Positions 8,286 through 16,987 of a DNA stretch of 64,000 bases are shown here, piece by piece. The first letter of the stretch is position 1; each line of letters opens with the position of its first letter. The stretch spans positions 1,923-65,922 of the forward strand of contig JBFMAY010000023.1 of assembly GCA_040755455.1 (NCBI GenBank), written 5' to 3'. This DNA comes from Thermodesulfobacteriota bacterium (GTDB lineage Bacteria; Desulfobacterota; Desulfobulbia; Desulfobulbales; SURF-16). The notes under the pieces are model-generated. The model did not search any database. It was not told where the DNA came from and saw only the letters and a list, made by a program, of their open reading frames with translations. The position numbers were made by a program, and so were the translations under genes.

Positions 8286-9167
8286 ATGACCCATTCACGA
8301 CTCGAAGCCATCGCCGATATCAAGCAGGCGGAAGGAAAACAGATATTCCGTCTGGAAAATTTCATCACCGCCATTACCCGGCTCAAACAATCGCGCCTGA
8401 TTTTCGAACAGCAACTGCAACGCAAAGAGCGGTTCGATCTGGTGGCCCATTACCGGATCGCCATCTTCGGCAGCGCCCGCACGGAAAAGCACTCATCCGA
8501 ATTCAGGTATGTCTCCGAACTGACCAGGGCGCTCGTCCTGGCCCGCAAGATCGGCGTGGTGACAGGCGGCGGGCCGGGCATCATGCAGGCAGCCAATGAG
8601 GGGCTTGAGAGGGCTCGGACGGAACGGGCGAAAAGAGGAGAAGAAACCTTTGCTGACAATGTCGGCATTCTGATAACCCTGCCGTTTGAGGAAAGCGGCA
8701 ACGGCATCACCCACATCACCACCAAGCACGAGAATTTTTCCACCCGCCTGCAGGCCTTTGTCAGCCAGATCAAGTCCGCCTACTGCGCCCAGGGGGGCTT
8801 AGGAACGGCGCTGGAGATGCTTTATATGCTGCAGCTTAAGCAGGTCAATCACATCGAGGACAATTTCCCCATCCTGGCGCATCCCATGTGGGAGGAATTC
8901 ATGGAGGTCCTCTGCAAAATTTTCTACTACGACAGGCTGGAAAAAGACCAGGTGCCCCTGATCAGCGAAGAGGATCTCAACCTCGTTACCTTTACCGATG
9001 ATGTGGAGCGCATTGTGGGCACCATCGCCGCCCATTTTGATCAATGGAAAAAAAATGTCCGGTCAAAGGTGGATATCGTTTTTGATCCGCAACAAATCGA
9101 CGACTACTCCCTGCGGGAAATCATTGACAGCGTCGGCGCCATCCCGCTGCCAGCCGGCCAACTGTAA
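8286..9167 (+). CDS. LOG / TIGR00730-like Rossmann-fold nucleotide-binding protein
   Basis: IAIFGSAR, VVTGGGPGIMQAANEG and a variant second motif AQGGLGTALEM (canonical PGGxGTxEE). It has ~55-aa N-terminal and ~70-aa C-terminal extensions. Confidence 0.75.
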   Translation: MTHSRLEAIADIKQAEGKQIFRLENFITAITRLKQSRLIFEQQLQRKERFDLVAHYRIAIFGSARTEKHSSEFRYVSELTRALVLARKIGVVTGGGPGIMQAANEGLERARTERAKRGEETFADNVGILITLPFEESGNGITHITTKHENFSTRLQAFVSQIKSAYCAQGGLGTALEMLYMLQLKQVNHIEDNFPILAHPMWEEFMEVLCKIFYYDRLEKDQVPLISEEDLNLVTFTDDVERIVGTIAAHFDQWKKNVRSKVDIVFDPQQIDDYSLREIIDSVGAIPLPAGQL

Positions 9168-9250
9168 GATTTCCGGATTGCACAAAGAGAGGTTAACAGG
9201 CCCTGCCGCCGACTTGAAGGCCGGACAAGCAGGAATGCCGAGCGCAGGGA

Positions 9251-9283
9251 GGGGACGTCCATAAAATTATAAAATGATCATGG
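9251..9283. repeat. solo end of the IR element
   Basis: GGGGACGTCCATAAAATTATAAAATGATC matches one terminal arm. No partner arm follows. Confidence 0.7.
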
Positions 9284-9557
9284 CCACGCAAAGCTCTCCT
9301 GGAACTACCAGGTGCGCGGGAGCATACTATTTGCCGGGGCAATCGAAGGAAAAGCATATTCTGGACGGCGTGGAGCGCAACAGCTTTCTGGATCTGCCCG
9401 AACCCGCGACACTACTGCCCTACTGCCGTAAATCACGGTGAAAAGATCACGGCGGGAGGCATAGTCACGATAATCTCCAAATGTCAGTATACTTAAGGGC
9501 GCAATCCGCATGGTCAGCTCAAAGGCATCGCCCTGCTCTATACAGATTCACCGCCTG

Positions 9558-12167
9558 TCAGATGACCGTGAGATACGTGACGCCAAGCGCCAGGACACAT
9601 GACACCGGGATAACATAGGGCCGTATTGCGCCTTCCGCCGCCTCAAACCGGCTGAAAATTCTGCCGACAGCATAGACGCTTGCCAGCAAGCCGCCAAGGA
9701 TAATGATGTGGAGCAGGGCCGATGTCGTCGCGGCCGGCAGAAGAGAAAATTGGTGCATTTGCCCTTCCCTGCCGAAAAGAAGAAACACATTGGGCACAAA
9801 CCGCCAGGCCCCCAGGATGAACATCTTCGCGTAGAAGGCCAGATAGCCGCCAAGAATAAGGGGGATCAAGCCATAGCCGAAGACGGCTTTGACCCTCTGA
9901 TACTCCTCGCCGGCATAAACAGCCTGCAGCCGGCACAACAACAGATAGCCGCCCCAGGCAGCCGCTATCACCGCCCAGAACAGCAAACTGCCGGCAGCAG
10001 CCGGGGCCATCGGCACACCTGTCATGGGAAGAACGGTCTGGTGGTGAAAAAAGTCCAGGAACTGCCGGTGCAGCGCCACCAGAAAGTAAATCGCCCCCAG
10101 CGAGACGATCAAAAAACTGTCGGACAGCAGAGGGTTTTGAATGGACCAGAGCTCCTGCGGCGCCAGGCGCAGATTCAGCTGCGTTGAGCGCAGACGGCAG
10201 TTTTTAATGCACCGGCCGCACAAAATGCAGTCCTTATTGTTGTCAACCAGGAAGGGGTGGCGAAACATCGGACAGCCCGGCTCCCCGTCCGTTCCCCGGT
10301 AGCAGACATGATCGCGGCACTGATTGAGGCATATCTGCCGGTTGGCGCGCACCTCGAGAATGGACGGCATGGAAAAAACGGCATTGAGCGCGCCAAGGGG
10401 ACAGACATACCGGCACCAGGTGTAGCGCTTGAACAGGACGCTGAACAGCAGGGCGCCGCTGCTGATGGACAGCAGAATCGCTCCCGTGAGCCGGGGGCTC
10501 TCATAGGCGTTGAAGACTATCTCCACCCAGAAGACCACGAGGCACAGCACGGCCATGATCCAGCCTGAATGGGAGGCGATCACCGGCGGCAGGCGGCGGG
10601 CGGGTTGAATGAATTTCTGCAGCCACTTGCCCGGCGCGGAAAGGGCGCAGAGGGTGCACCAGAAACGGGGAAGAAAAAAGAACGAAATCATGAGCAGGGG
10701 CCAGCCGATATACCAGCACAGGGTAATGCCGAAATTTTTCTCCGCTTCCTGCGGCCCGGCAAAAAGAATCAGCACCACCAGGCAAAAAAGAACGGTTATG
10801 ACCATCCTGGGGAGCCCTGGAAAGAGACGGTGGTCAATGAGCCCCCTCACCCATGGCAGACGCAGCAGGTTATAGACCAGTTTTCCCTCGGTGCGCGGCA
10901 GGCCCAGGAAAATCTGCTCGGAGATGATCTCGTCCTGCGAGGCCACCATCACCGCCCGCTGTATGACATTGGAGAGTTCGGTCAGATTGCCGGGCCAGTC
11001 GTACTTCATCAGCAGGCCGAGGGCATCCTGGGATATTTTCGTCACCCGCTTGTTGTACTCGGCACTGTAGCGCTGCAGATAATACTCAACCAGCGGCAGG
11101 ATATCCCGCTTGTGTTCCCGCAGCGGGGGGAGCAGAAACTGCTGGCCGGCGAACAGGGCGGCGAACTCCGGAATAAAAACGGCTTCCCGGGCCAGGGTGT
11201 CGAGATCGGCGTTGGTGATCAGAATCAGGCGGGCGCGCAGCACCTGCTCCACCCTGCCGTCGATAGTGGAAAATTTCCCCCTGATCACCGCCTCATGGAT
11301 CTTCTGCTGCAGCTCTTTGCTCAGCTTCTCGGCATGGTAGAAGACCACCGTGCCGTTATTGATCTGCTCCAGGATGCCGAGCTGGCGGCCCGATGAATAA
11401 GGAAAGGCGTCCTGCTCATAACCGAACAGCTTGTCCTCCCAGATCCACGGGTCGAACTGGCGGAGGTCCAGTTCAATAAAAGGCATCGATTTGCCGGCGC
11501 CGTGCAGATGGATCTGTTTTGCCGCAAGCCGCCGGCCGGTGCCGGACTCACCGCTGATGAGCAACGGCTGAGTGCCGGCGGCAAACTGGTTGATCTGCTT
11601 GCTTATTTTTTTGGCCAGATCAATAACGTGCAGCTGCCCGGCAGCGGGCCCCGGCGCTGCTGCCTGCCTGGCGGCCCGATCTGCCGGCAACGGGGAGAAA
11701 AGGGTCAGGGGGGAACCGCTGAGCGAGTTGCCGGAAAGCTCGGCATCACGCCAGCCGCCGGATGCCGCCACCAGCCGTTCGGCCAGTGTTTTATCAAGGG
11801 CCCGGTGCAGCAGGGGATTTGCCAGGACCACTGTTTCGAATTTTTCCCGGTCAAAATAGAAGAGCCGGACCCTGGTAAGGGCCCGCACCGTGAGGGAGCG
11901 GCAACGGCCGGTCAGCAGGGAAACCTCCCCGAAATGCCCGCCGGCGCTGACCTGGCCGGCCACCGAGGCGGTGCCGTCTTTTTTTTCAATGATCAGTTCG
12001 ACCTTGCCGGCGGCAATGATGTAAAAAGTCTCGCCCTTATCCCCCCTTTTATAAATATATTCGCCGGGTTCATAGGTCGCGTCCCTGGCTGCCGCGGCAA
12101 CCTGCCGCGATTCGGAGGCGGGGAGCCCCTGGAAAAGATACGCCTGCTGCAGATCTTCGGTTTCCAT
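9558..12167 (-). CDS. fusion protein: cNMP-binding domain + degenerate sigma54-activator-type AAA+ domain + NapH/CcoG-like polyferredoxin membrane domain
   Basis: cNMP domain: FGEVSLLTGRCRSLTVRA. AAA+ domain: GESGTGRR (Walker A K replaced by R), FGYEQDAFPYS in place of GAFTGA, NGTVVFYHAE in place of the DE Walker B, and LLPPLREHKRDILPL retained. Membrane part: TWCRYVCPLGAL (CxxxCP) and CILCGRCIKNC, with about 10 TM segments. No HTH. Start set at METEDLQ (12167). The ORF-track extension to 12338 runs antisense through the nhaD remnant. Confidence 0.8.
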   Translation of the reverse strand: METEDLQQAYLFQGLPASESRQVAAAARDATYEPGEYIYKRGDKGETFYIIAAGKVELIIEKKDGTASVAGQVSAGGHFGEVSLLTGRCRSLTVRALTRVRLFYFDREKFETVVLANPLLHRALDKTLAERLVAASGGWRDAELSGNSLSGSPLTLFSPLPADRAARQAAAPGPAAGQLHVIDLAKKISKQINQFAAGTQPLLISGESGTGRRLAAKQIHLHGAGKSMPFIELDLRQFDPWIWEDKLFGYEQDAFPYSSGRQLGILEQINNGTVVFYHAEKLSKELQQKIHEAVIRGKFSTIDGRVEQVLRARLILITNADLDTLAREAVFIPEFAALFAGQQFLLPPLREHKRDILPLVEYYLQRYSAEYNKRVTKISQDALGLLMKYDWPGNLTELSNVIQRAVMVASQDEIISEQIFLGLPRTEGKLVYNLLRLPWVRGLIDHRLFPGLPRMVITVLFCLVVLILFAGPQEAEKNFGITLCWYIGWPLLMISFFFLPRFWCTLCALSAPGKWLQKFIQPARRLPPVIASHSGWIMAVLCLVVFWVEIVFNAYESPRLTGAILLSISSGALLFSVLFKRYTWCRYVCPLGALNAVFSMPSILEVRANRQICLNQCRDHVCYRGTDGEPGCPMFRHPFLVDNNKDCILCGRCIKNCRLRSTQLNLRLAPQELWSIQNPLLSDSFLIVSLGAIYFLVALHRQFLDFFHHQTVLPMTGVPMAPAAAGSLLFWAVIAAAWGGYLLLCRLQAVYAGEEYQRVKAVFGYGLIPLILGGYLAFYAKMFILGAWRFVPNVFLLFGREGQMHQFSLLPAATTSALLHIIILGGLLASVYAVGRIFSRFEAAEGAIRPYVIPVSCVLALGVTYLTVI

Positions 12168-12243
12168 AATCACTTCCGCATTATCAAACGTGGGGCCACC
12201 ATAAGTCAATAGGAAGATGTACGAAACAGGGGGACGGCGGAAG

Positions 12244-12354
12244 GATTGATAATATTCCGGCGATGTCTGCGGTGCTGACCATGGACCCGGCCATTGCCCT
12301 GGGCTACGCGCCCGCATCCGGGCGCATCTCTTTATCAACAGCCGGATGATGTAA
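12244..12354 (+). pseudogene. nhaD: decayed second copy of the nhaD 3' end
   Basis: 12244-12294 matches 6103-6153 with 4 mismatches. 12295-12354 matches 6301-6361 at roughly 80 percent, including ATCAACAGCCGGATGATGTA and the stop. The missing 147 bp is bounded by CCGGCCAT repeats in the intact gene. Confidence 0.75.
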
Positions 12355-12418
12355 GAGATACGCTGCCGGCTTTGGCATTAAGAGCCGGCAGGGTATCTCT
12401 TCAAGAGCACAAGTTGTT

Positions 12419-14296
12419 TCAGACGCCTTTTTGCTGCACCGCCCGCTCCAGAATCCGGTAACTGCGCTCCACCATGTCGCGGGGTTCAATCATGAGGCCG
12501 GCCTGGATCATGGCGTTATCATAGATCTGCTTGACCACGGTCCTGGCGAATTCCTCGTCCGCCACCCGCATGTCGGCCAGGCCTTTGATCAGCGGGTGGC
12601 CGGTGTTGATCTCCAGGTTTTTGCTGGCTATTTTATGCTCCACGTTGGTGGCCCGCATGACCCGTTCCATGCTGCTGGTGAAAAAGCCGTCCGGGTTGAC
12701 GATCATGGCCGGGCTGTCAACCAGCCGCTTGGAGATGGCCACATCCTTGACCTTGTCGTCCAGTACATCCTTGATCCATTTGGTGAGCGTCAGGGCGATG
12801 GGCTCATCAAGCTTGCCGGCCGCGGCCGCCTCTTTTGCCTCCTGGTCCTCCCCGGTTTTTTCCGGCAGCTTCAGATCGGCCCGGTCGGCGGAAACCAGTT
12901 TTTTGCCCTCATACTCGTGCAGGTGGCTGAAGACAAAGTCATCGATGGGTTCCATGGTGTAGATGATTTCCACGTCGCGCCGCTTGAACACCTCGCAATA
13001 GGGGCCTGCCTCGATGGCCTGGCGGGTGGGCCCGTTGATGTAGTAAATTTCACTCTGCCCTTCCTGCATCCGGCCGATATAATCGTCGAGCGCGATGAGT
13101 TTGCCTGCCTCAGCTTTTGAAGATTCAAAACGGAGCAGTTTGGCCAGATCCTCCCGGTGGGTATAATCAACGGTGGCCCCTTCCTTCAGGAAAATGCCGA
13201 AGGTCTTCCAGAATTTTTCATACTGTTCCGCCTCGTTTTTCGCCTGATCCCGGAGGAATTTCAGGAAACGGCTGGCAATGATCTTTTTCAGCTTGGCGAC
13301 CAGGGCGTTATCCTGCAGGGCCTGGCGTGAGATATTCAGCGGCAGGTCCTCGCTGTCAACCACACCTTTGAGAAAACGCAGCCATTCGGGCAGGATGTTT
13401 TTGCTGTGCTGTTCGATGAGCACCTTCTGGCAGTAAAGACTGACGCCGGGTTCGGTGCGGCCGAAACCCATCAGCTCAATATTATCCTGCGGCACGAAGA
13501 GCAGGGACTTGATGGCCAGCGGCGCGTCGGCGCTGAAATGCAGATAACTCAGCGGCTCATCAAAGGCATTGGCGATGAACTTGTAAAATTCCGTGTACTC
13601 CTCGGCCTTGATATCATCTTTACTCTTGGTCCACAGGGCCTGCACCGTGTTGACCTTCTCCCCGCCCACCTTGATGGGAAAGCTGACAAAATTGGAATAC
13701 TGCTTGATGATGCGCTTGATCGTTGCCTCTTTGGCGTAATCAAAGGCATCGTCGTTAAGCTCGATGATAACCTTGGTGCCCCGGTGCAGCCCGCTTGCCG
13801 GGGTGAGGGTAAAGTTGCCGGTGCCGTCGGAGGACCATTCATAGCCCTCCGCATCAACCAGGTAGGAACGGGACTGAACCCGCACCCGCTTGGCCACCAT
13901 GAAGGCCGAATAAAAACCCACGCCGAACTGGCCGATCAGGTTGACCTCCTTCTGCTGGGCCTGATCCAGCTCCGTCAGAAAGGTCTTTGACCCGGAATGG
14001 GCGATGGTGCCGAGATTATGCTCCAGCTCGTCGCGGGTCATGCCGATGCCCGAGTCGGTAATGGTCAGGGTGTGCTCCTGGTCATTCATGCTGATGTTTA
14101 TCTCCAGGGTGGCGTCGGCATCGAACACCTCTTTTTCCATGAGCTGCTGGTGCCTGAATTTTTCCAGGGCGTCCGCGGCGTTGGAGATAAGCTCCCGCAG
14201 AAAAATCTCTTTTTCCGTATACAGCGAGTGGATAACGATATCGAGCAGCTTTTTGACTTCAGCCTGAAATTCCTTTGTTTCCGTTTTACCTGTCAT
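12419..14296 (-). CDS. htpG: molecular chaperone HtpG (Hsp90)
   Basis: N-terminal FQAEVKKLLDIVIHSLYTEKEIFLRELISNAADA, then GQFGVGFYSAF. Length is 625 aa. Confidence 0.95.
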   Translation of the reverse strand: MTGKTETKEFQAEVKKLLDIVIHSLYTEKEIFLRELISNAADALEKFRHQQLMEKEVFDADATLEINISMNDQEHTLTITDSGIGMTRDELEHNLGTIAHSGSKTFLTELDQAQQKEVNLIGQFGVGFYSAFMVAKRVRVQSRSYLVDAEGYEWSSDGTGNFTLTPASGLHRGTKVIIELNDDAFDYAKEATIKRIIKQYSNFVSFPIKVGGEKVNTVQALWTKSKDDIKAEEYTEFYKFIANAFDEPLSYLHFSADAPLAIKSLLFVPQDNIELMGFGRTEPGVSLYCQKVLIEQHSKNILPEWLRFLKGVVDSEDLPLNISRQALQDNALVAKLKKIIASRFLKFLRDQAKNEAEQYEKFWKTFGIFLKEGATVDYTHREDLAKLLRFESSKAEAGKLIALDDYIGRMQEGQSEIYYINGPTRQAIEAGPYCEVFKRRDVEIIYTMEPIDDFVFSHLHEYEGKKLVSADRADLKLPEKTGEDQEAKEAAAAGKLDEPIALTLTKWIKDVLDDKVKDVAISKRLVDSPAMIVNPDGFFTSSMERVMRATNVEHKIASKNLEINTGHPLIKGLADMRVADEEFARTVVKQIYDNAMIQAGLMIEPRDMVERSYRILERAVQQKGV

Positions 14297-14396
14297 TTGC
14301 CATACTCCGTTAAACTGATGTTATCTTGATCCTGTCACTTGAGGAAATCCTGTTGATGCGACCCGGAAACGGGCCCACGGGTGAATTTGTGAGGGT

Positions 14397-14424
14397 AAAA
14401 TAAGCATCAAACCGGCTCTGTCAA
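14397..14424 (-). promoter_or_regulatory. sigma70-type promoter candidate for htpG
   Basis: On the minus strand: TTGACA (14424-14419), 16-nt spacer, TATTTT (14402-14397). No clear sigma32 box was seen. Confidence 0.3.
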
Positions 14425-14460
14425 CCCTGGTTCTGTCAGGAACGGTTCTCTTTTTTTAAG

Positions 14461-14489
14461 TTGCATACCGGTATGGCGGCTGGTATTAT
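14461..14489 (+). promoter_or_regulatory. sigma70-type promoter candidate for thiC
   Basis: TTGCAT, 17-nt spacer, TATTAT. A second, extended -10 (TGTATAAT) lies at 14516-14523. Either gives a 120-155 nt leader. Confidence 0.35.
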
Positions 14490-14651
14490 TTAGAATTTTC
14501 GATTACATAACTTTTTGTATAATCAAACATCCACTACCCAACCCGCCAATTTTGCCGGTCTTGCAGAAATGGCTCCGCCGCATGTTGCGATAACGCAGAG
14601 CTTGCTGTTTCCTGAGATGTTTCCCGACCCCGGCAATAAGGAGAAAAATAG

Positions 14652-15962
14652 ATGACGATAAGAGAAGATGCCATAAACCGGAAAATAACCCCCATTTTTG
14701 AGCAATGCGCCAAGAATGAAGGAATATCGCCGCAGGTGCTGATGGCAGGAGTGGCCCAGGGCGTCATCGCCATTCCCAAGAACAAAAACCATGATTTCGA
14801 AAGAATCATGGCGGTGGGCAAGGGCCTTGCCACCAAGGTCAATGCCAATATCGGCGCCTCCCGCGACATGCCCGGCCTGGAACAGGAACTGGAAAAACTC
14901 TGTGTTTCCCTCAAGGCCGGCGCCGATACGGTCATGGATCTCAGCATGGGGGAAAATCTCAACGAGGTGCGCCGGGGCATTCTTGCCCGCTGTCCCGTTC
15001 CCCTGGGCACGGTGCCGGTTTATCAGACCGTGGCCGATGTGGTGGAGCGGCAGAAAAAGGAGATCGGCGAGGTGACCGTTGATCAGATGCTGGACACCAT
15101 CGAGCAGCAGGCCAAGGACGGTGTTGATTTCATGACCATTCACTGCGGCCTGACCAGGGATGCCCTGGCCAGATTGAAGAACCATGAGCGACTCATGGGG
15201 GTGGTCAGCCGGGGCGGCTCCTTTACCATTGAATGGATGGCATACAACAACCGGGAAAACCCCTTTTACGAACATTATGACAAAATCCTGGCCATCCTGA
15301 AAGAATATGAAGTGACCATCAGCCTGGGCGACGGCCTGCGGCCCGGTTGTCTGGCCGACGCCACCGACCGGGGCCAGATCCAGGAGCTGATCCATCTCGG
15401 CGAACTCACCCAGCGGGCCTGGGATGCCGGGGTGCAGGTTATTGTCGAGGGCCCGGGCCACATGCCCATGGACCAGATCCAGGCCAACATGCTGCTGCAG
15501 AAACGCCTCTGCCACGGAGCCCCGTTCTATGTGCTCGGGCCCCTGGTGACCGATATCGCGCCCGGTTATGATCATATCACCGGCGCCATCGGCGGGGCCA
15601 TCGCCGCCGCCGCCGGCGCCGATTATCTGTGCTACGTCACCCCGGCCGAGCATCTCAAGCTGCCCTCCGCCGAGGATGTGCGGGAAGGGGTGATCGCCTC
15701 CCGCATCGCCGCCCACGCGGCAGACATTGTCAAAGGAGTGCCCGGCGCCCTGGACAAGGATATCGCCATGGCCAGATGCCGCAACCGGCTGGACTGGAAA
15801 GGGCAGATCGAGTTGTCCCTTGATCCTGACAAGGCTTTGCGCTACCGTGAGGAAGGCAACTCTTACAAGGGAGATGCCTGCAGCATGTGCGGCTCCTACT
15901 GCGCCATCAAGGTTTATAAAAAAGCCACCTTGCCCGGCCGCGGCGGCACGGATAAAAAATAA
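14652..15962 (+). CDS. thiC: phosphomethylpyrimidine synthase ThiC (short anaerobe-type)
   Basis: VNANIGAS, TIHCG and DGLRPG are present, plus the C-terminal CSMCGSYC radical-SAM-type cluster motif. RBS AAGGAG lies upstream. Confidence 0.92.
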   Translation: MTIREDAINRKITPIFEQCAKNEGISPQVLMAGVAQGVIAIPKNKNHDFERIMAVGKGLATKVNANIGASRDMPGLEQELEKLCVSLKAGADTVMDLSMGENLNEVRRGILARCPVPLGTVPVYQTVADVVERQKKEIGEVTVDQMLDTIEQQAKDGVDFMTIHCGLTRDALARLKNHERLMGVVSRGGSFTIEWMAYNNRENPFYEHYDKILAILKEYEVTISLGDGLRPGCLADATDRGQIQELIHLGELTQRAWDAGVQVIVEGPGHMPMDQIQANMLLQKRLCHGAPFYVLGPLVTDIAPGYDHITGAIGGAIAAAAGADYLCYVTPAEHLKLPSAEDVREGVIASRIAAHAADIVKGVPGALDKDIAMARCRNRLDWKGQIELSLDPDKALRYREEGNSYKGDACSMCGSYCAIKVYKKATLPGRGGTDKK

Positions 15963-15982
15963 ATTCCTTTCGGAGGTCTGTC

Positions 15983-16315
15983 ATGGCTGATATTTTCACG
16001 CCGGTGGTGGATTTTATCAAATACACCCAGTTGCTTGAGCAAATACGGCAGGTTGATGTCAAAGGTCTCTTCACCAATCCCTGGTTTCTCGTGCCCTTCA
16101 TCGCCCAGATCGGCTGGTGGTTTTACAAGCAGGCGCTGAACAGCCTGGTCTGCACCGCCATGGTCATCGGCGTCTGGTGGTTCTCCGGCACCGCCTATGC
16201 CCAGCAGCTGGTGATCGACGGCGAGCTGCAGCTCAGCAAGGTCCTGCCCGTGGGCGGGGTTGGGCTGGTGGTGATCGTGGTGCTGGTCTATCTCTTTTTC
16301 ATCCGCTCTGATTGA
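15983..16315 (+). CDS. small membrane protein (hypothetical)
   Basis: 110 aa with three hydrophobic segments. Its stop overlaps the next gene's start (TTGA). Confidence 0.5.
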   Translation: MADIFTPVVDFIKYTQLLEQIRQVDVKGLFTNPWFLVPFIAQIGWWFYKQALNSLVCTAMVIGVWWFSGTAYAQQLVIDGELQLSKVLPVGGVGLVVIVVLVYLFFIRSD

Positions 16316-16974
16316 CCGTGTCCACCCTTCATCATATCTACACAGCTCTGTTTGACCATTTCGGCCCGCAGCAATGGTGGCCCGGCGAGACCCCCCTTGA
16401 GGTGCTGGTGGGGGCGGTGCTCACCCAGAACACCAACTGGGCCAATGTCAGCCGGGCCATAGGCAATCTCAAAGAAGAGAATCTCCTTTCCTTTGCCGCC
16501 CTCGACAGCCTGCCGGACGCCGTGCTGGCGGAAAAAATCCGGCCATCCGGTTACTTCAATCTCAAGGCAAGACGACTCAAGAACCTGCTGGCCCTGATCA
16601 GCCGGGAAGAACCCGCCGGCGACCTGGATCTTTTCTTTGCCCAGGAGACCGCCACCCTGCGGGAAAAGCTGCTCTCGGCCAAAGGAATCGGCCCGGAAAC
16701 CGCGGATTCCATTCTGCTTTATGCCGGCCGCAAACCCGTTTTTGTGGTGGATGCCTATACCTACCGCATGCTGACGCGGCATGGGCTGATCGGCGAAGAA
16801 ACAGACTACGCCGAGATGCAGGAGCTGTTCATGGCTGCCCTTCCCGCTGATGCGGCGCTTTTTAACGAATACCACGCCCTGATCGTCCGGCTGGGCAAGG
16901 AGTACTGCAAAAAAAGCAGGCCGCGCTGCCAGCAATGCCCTTTACGGCACTTCGAACCGCTGCTTGTTGACTGA
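16312..16974 (+). CDS. endonuclease III-related HhH-GPD protein with Fe-S cluster loop
   Basis: LTQNTNW, helix-hairpin-helix LLSAKGIGPETADSILLYA, and C-terminal CKKSRPRCQQCPL. Confidence 0.8.
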   Translation: MTVSTLHHIYTALFDHFGPQQWWPGETPLEVLVGAVLTQNTNWANVSRAIGNLKEENLLSFAALDSLPDAVLAEKIRPSGYFNLKARRLKNLLALISREEPAGDLDLFFAQETATLREKLLSAKGIGPETADSILLYAGRKPVFVVDAYTYRMLTRHGLIGEETDYAEMQELFMAALPADAALFNEYHALIVRLGKEYCKKSRPRCQQCPLRHFEPLLVD

Positions 16975-16987
16975 CCAGTCACGAACA

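Noticed and set aside
9558-12167. Calling the large protein a functional sigma54-dependent transcriptional activator.
   Set aside because: The Walker A Lys, Walker B DE, GAFTGA loop and HTH domain are all missing or altered. The bEBP similarity is structural only.
12168-12338. N-terminal extension of the large fusion ORF (MIKRCARMRA...).
   Set aside because: The extension is antisense to the nhaD 3' remnant and is Arg/Pro-rich. The cNMP domain begins right after METEDLQ at 12167.
14490-14651. TPP riboswitch expected upstream of thiC.
   Set aside because: Only a CTGAGA/ACCC fragment is present. The P2 GGGGTGC segment and the pyrimidine-sensor helix are missing, so I cannot support calling it by eye. 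It is kept as a question in the findings.
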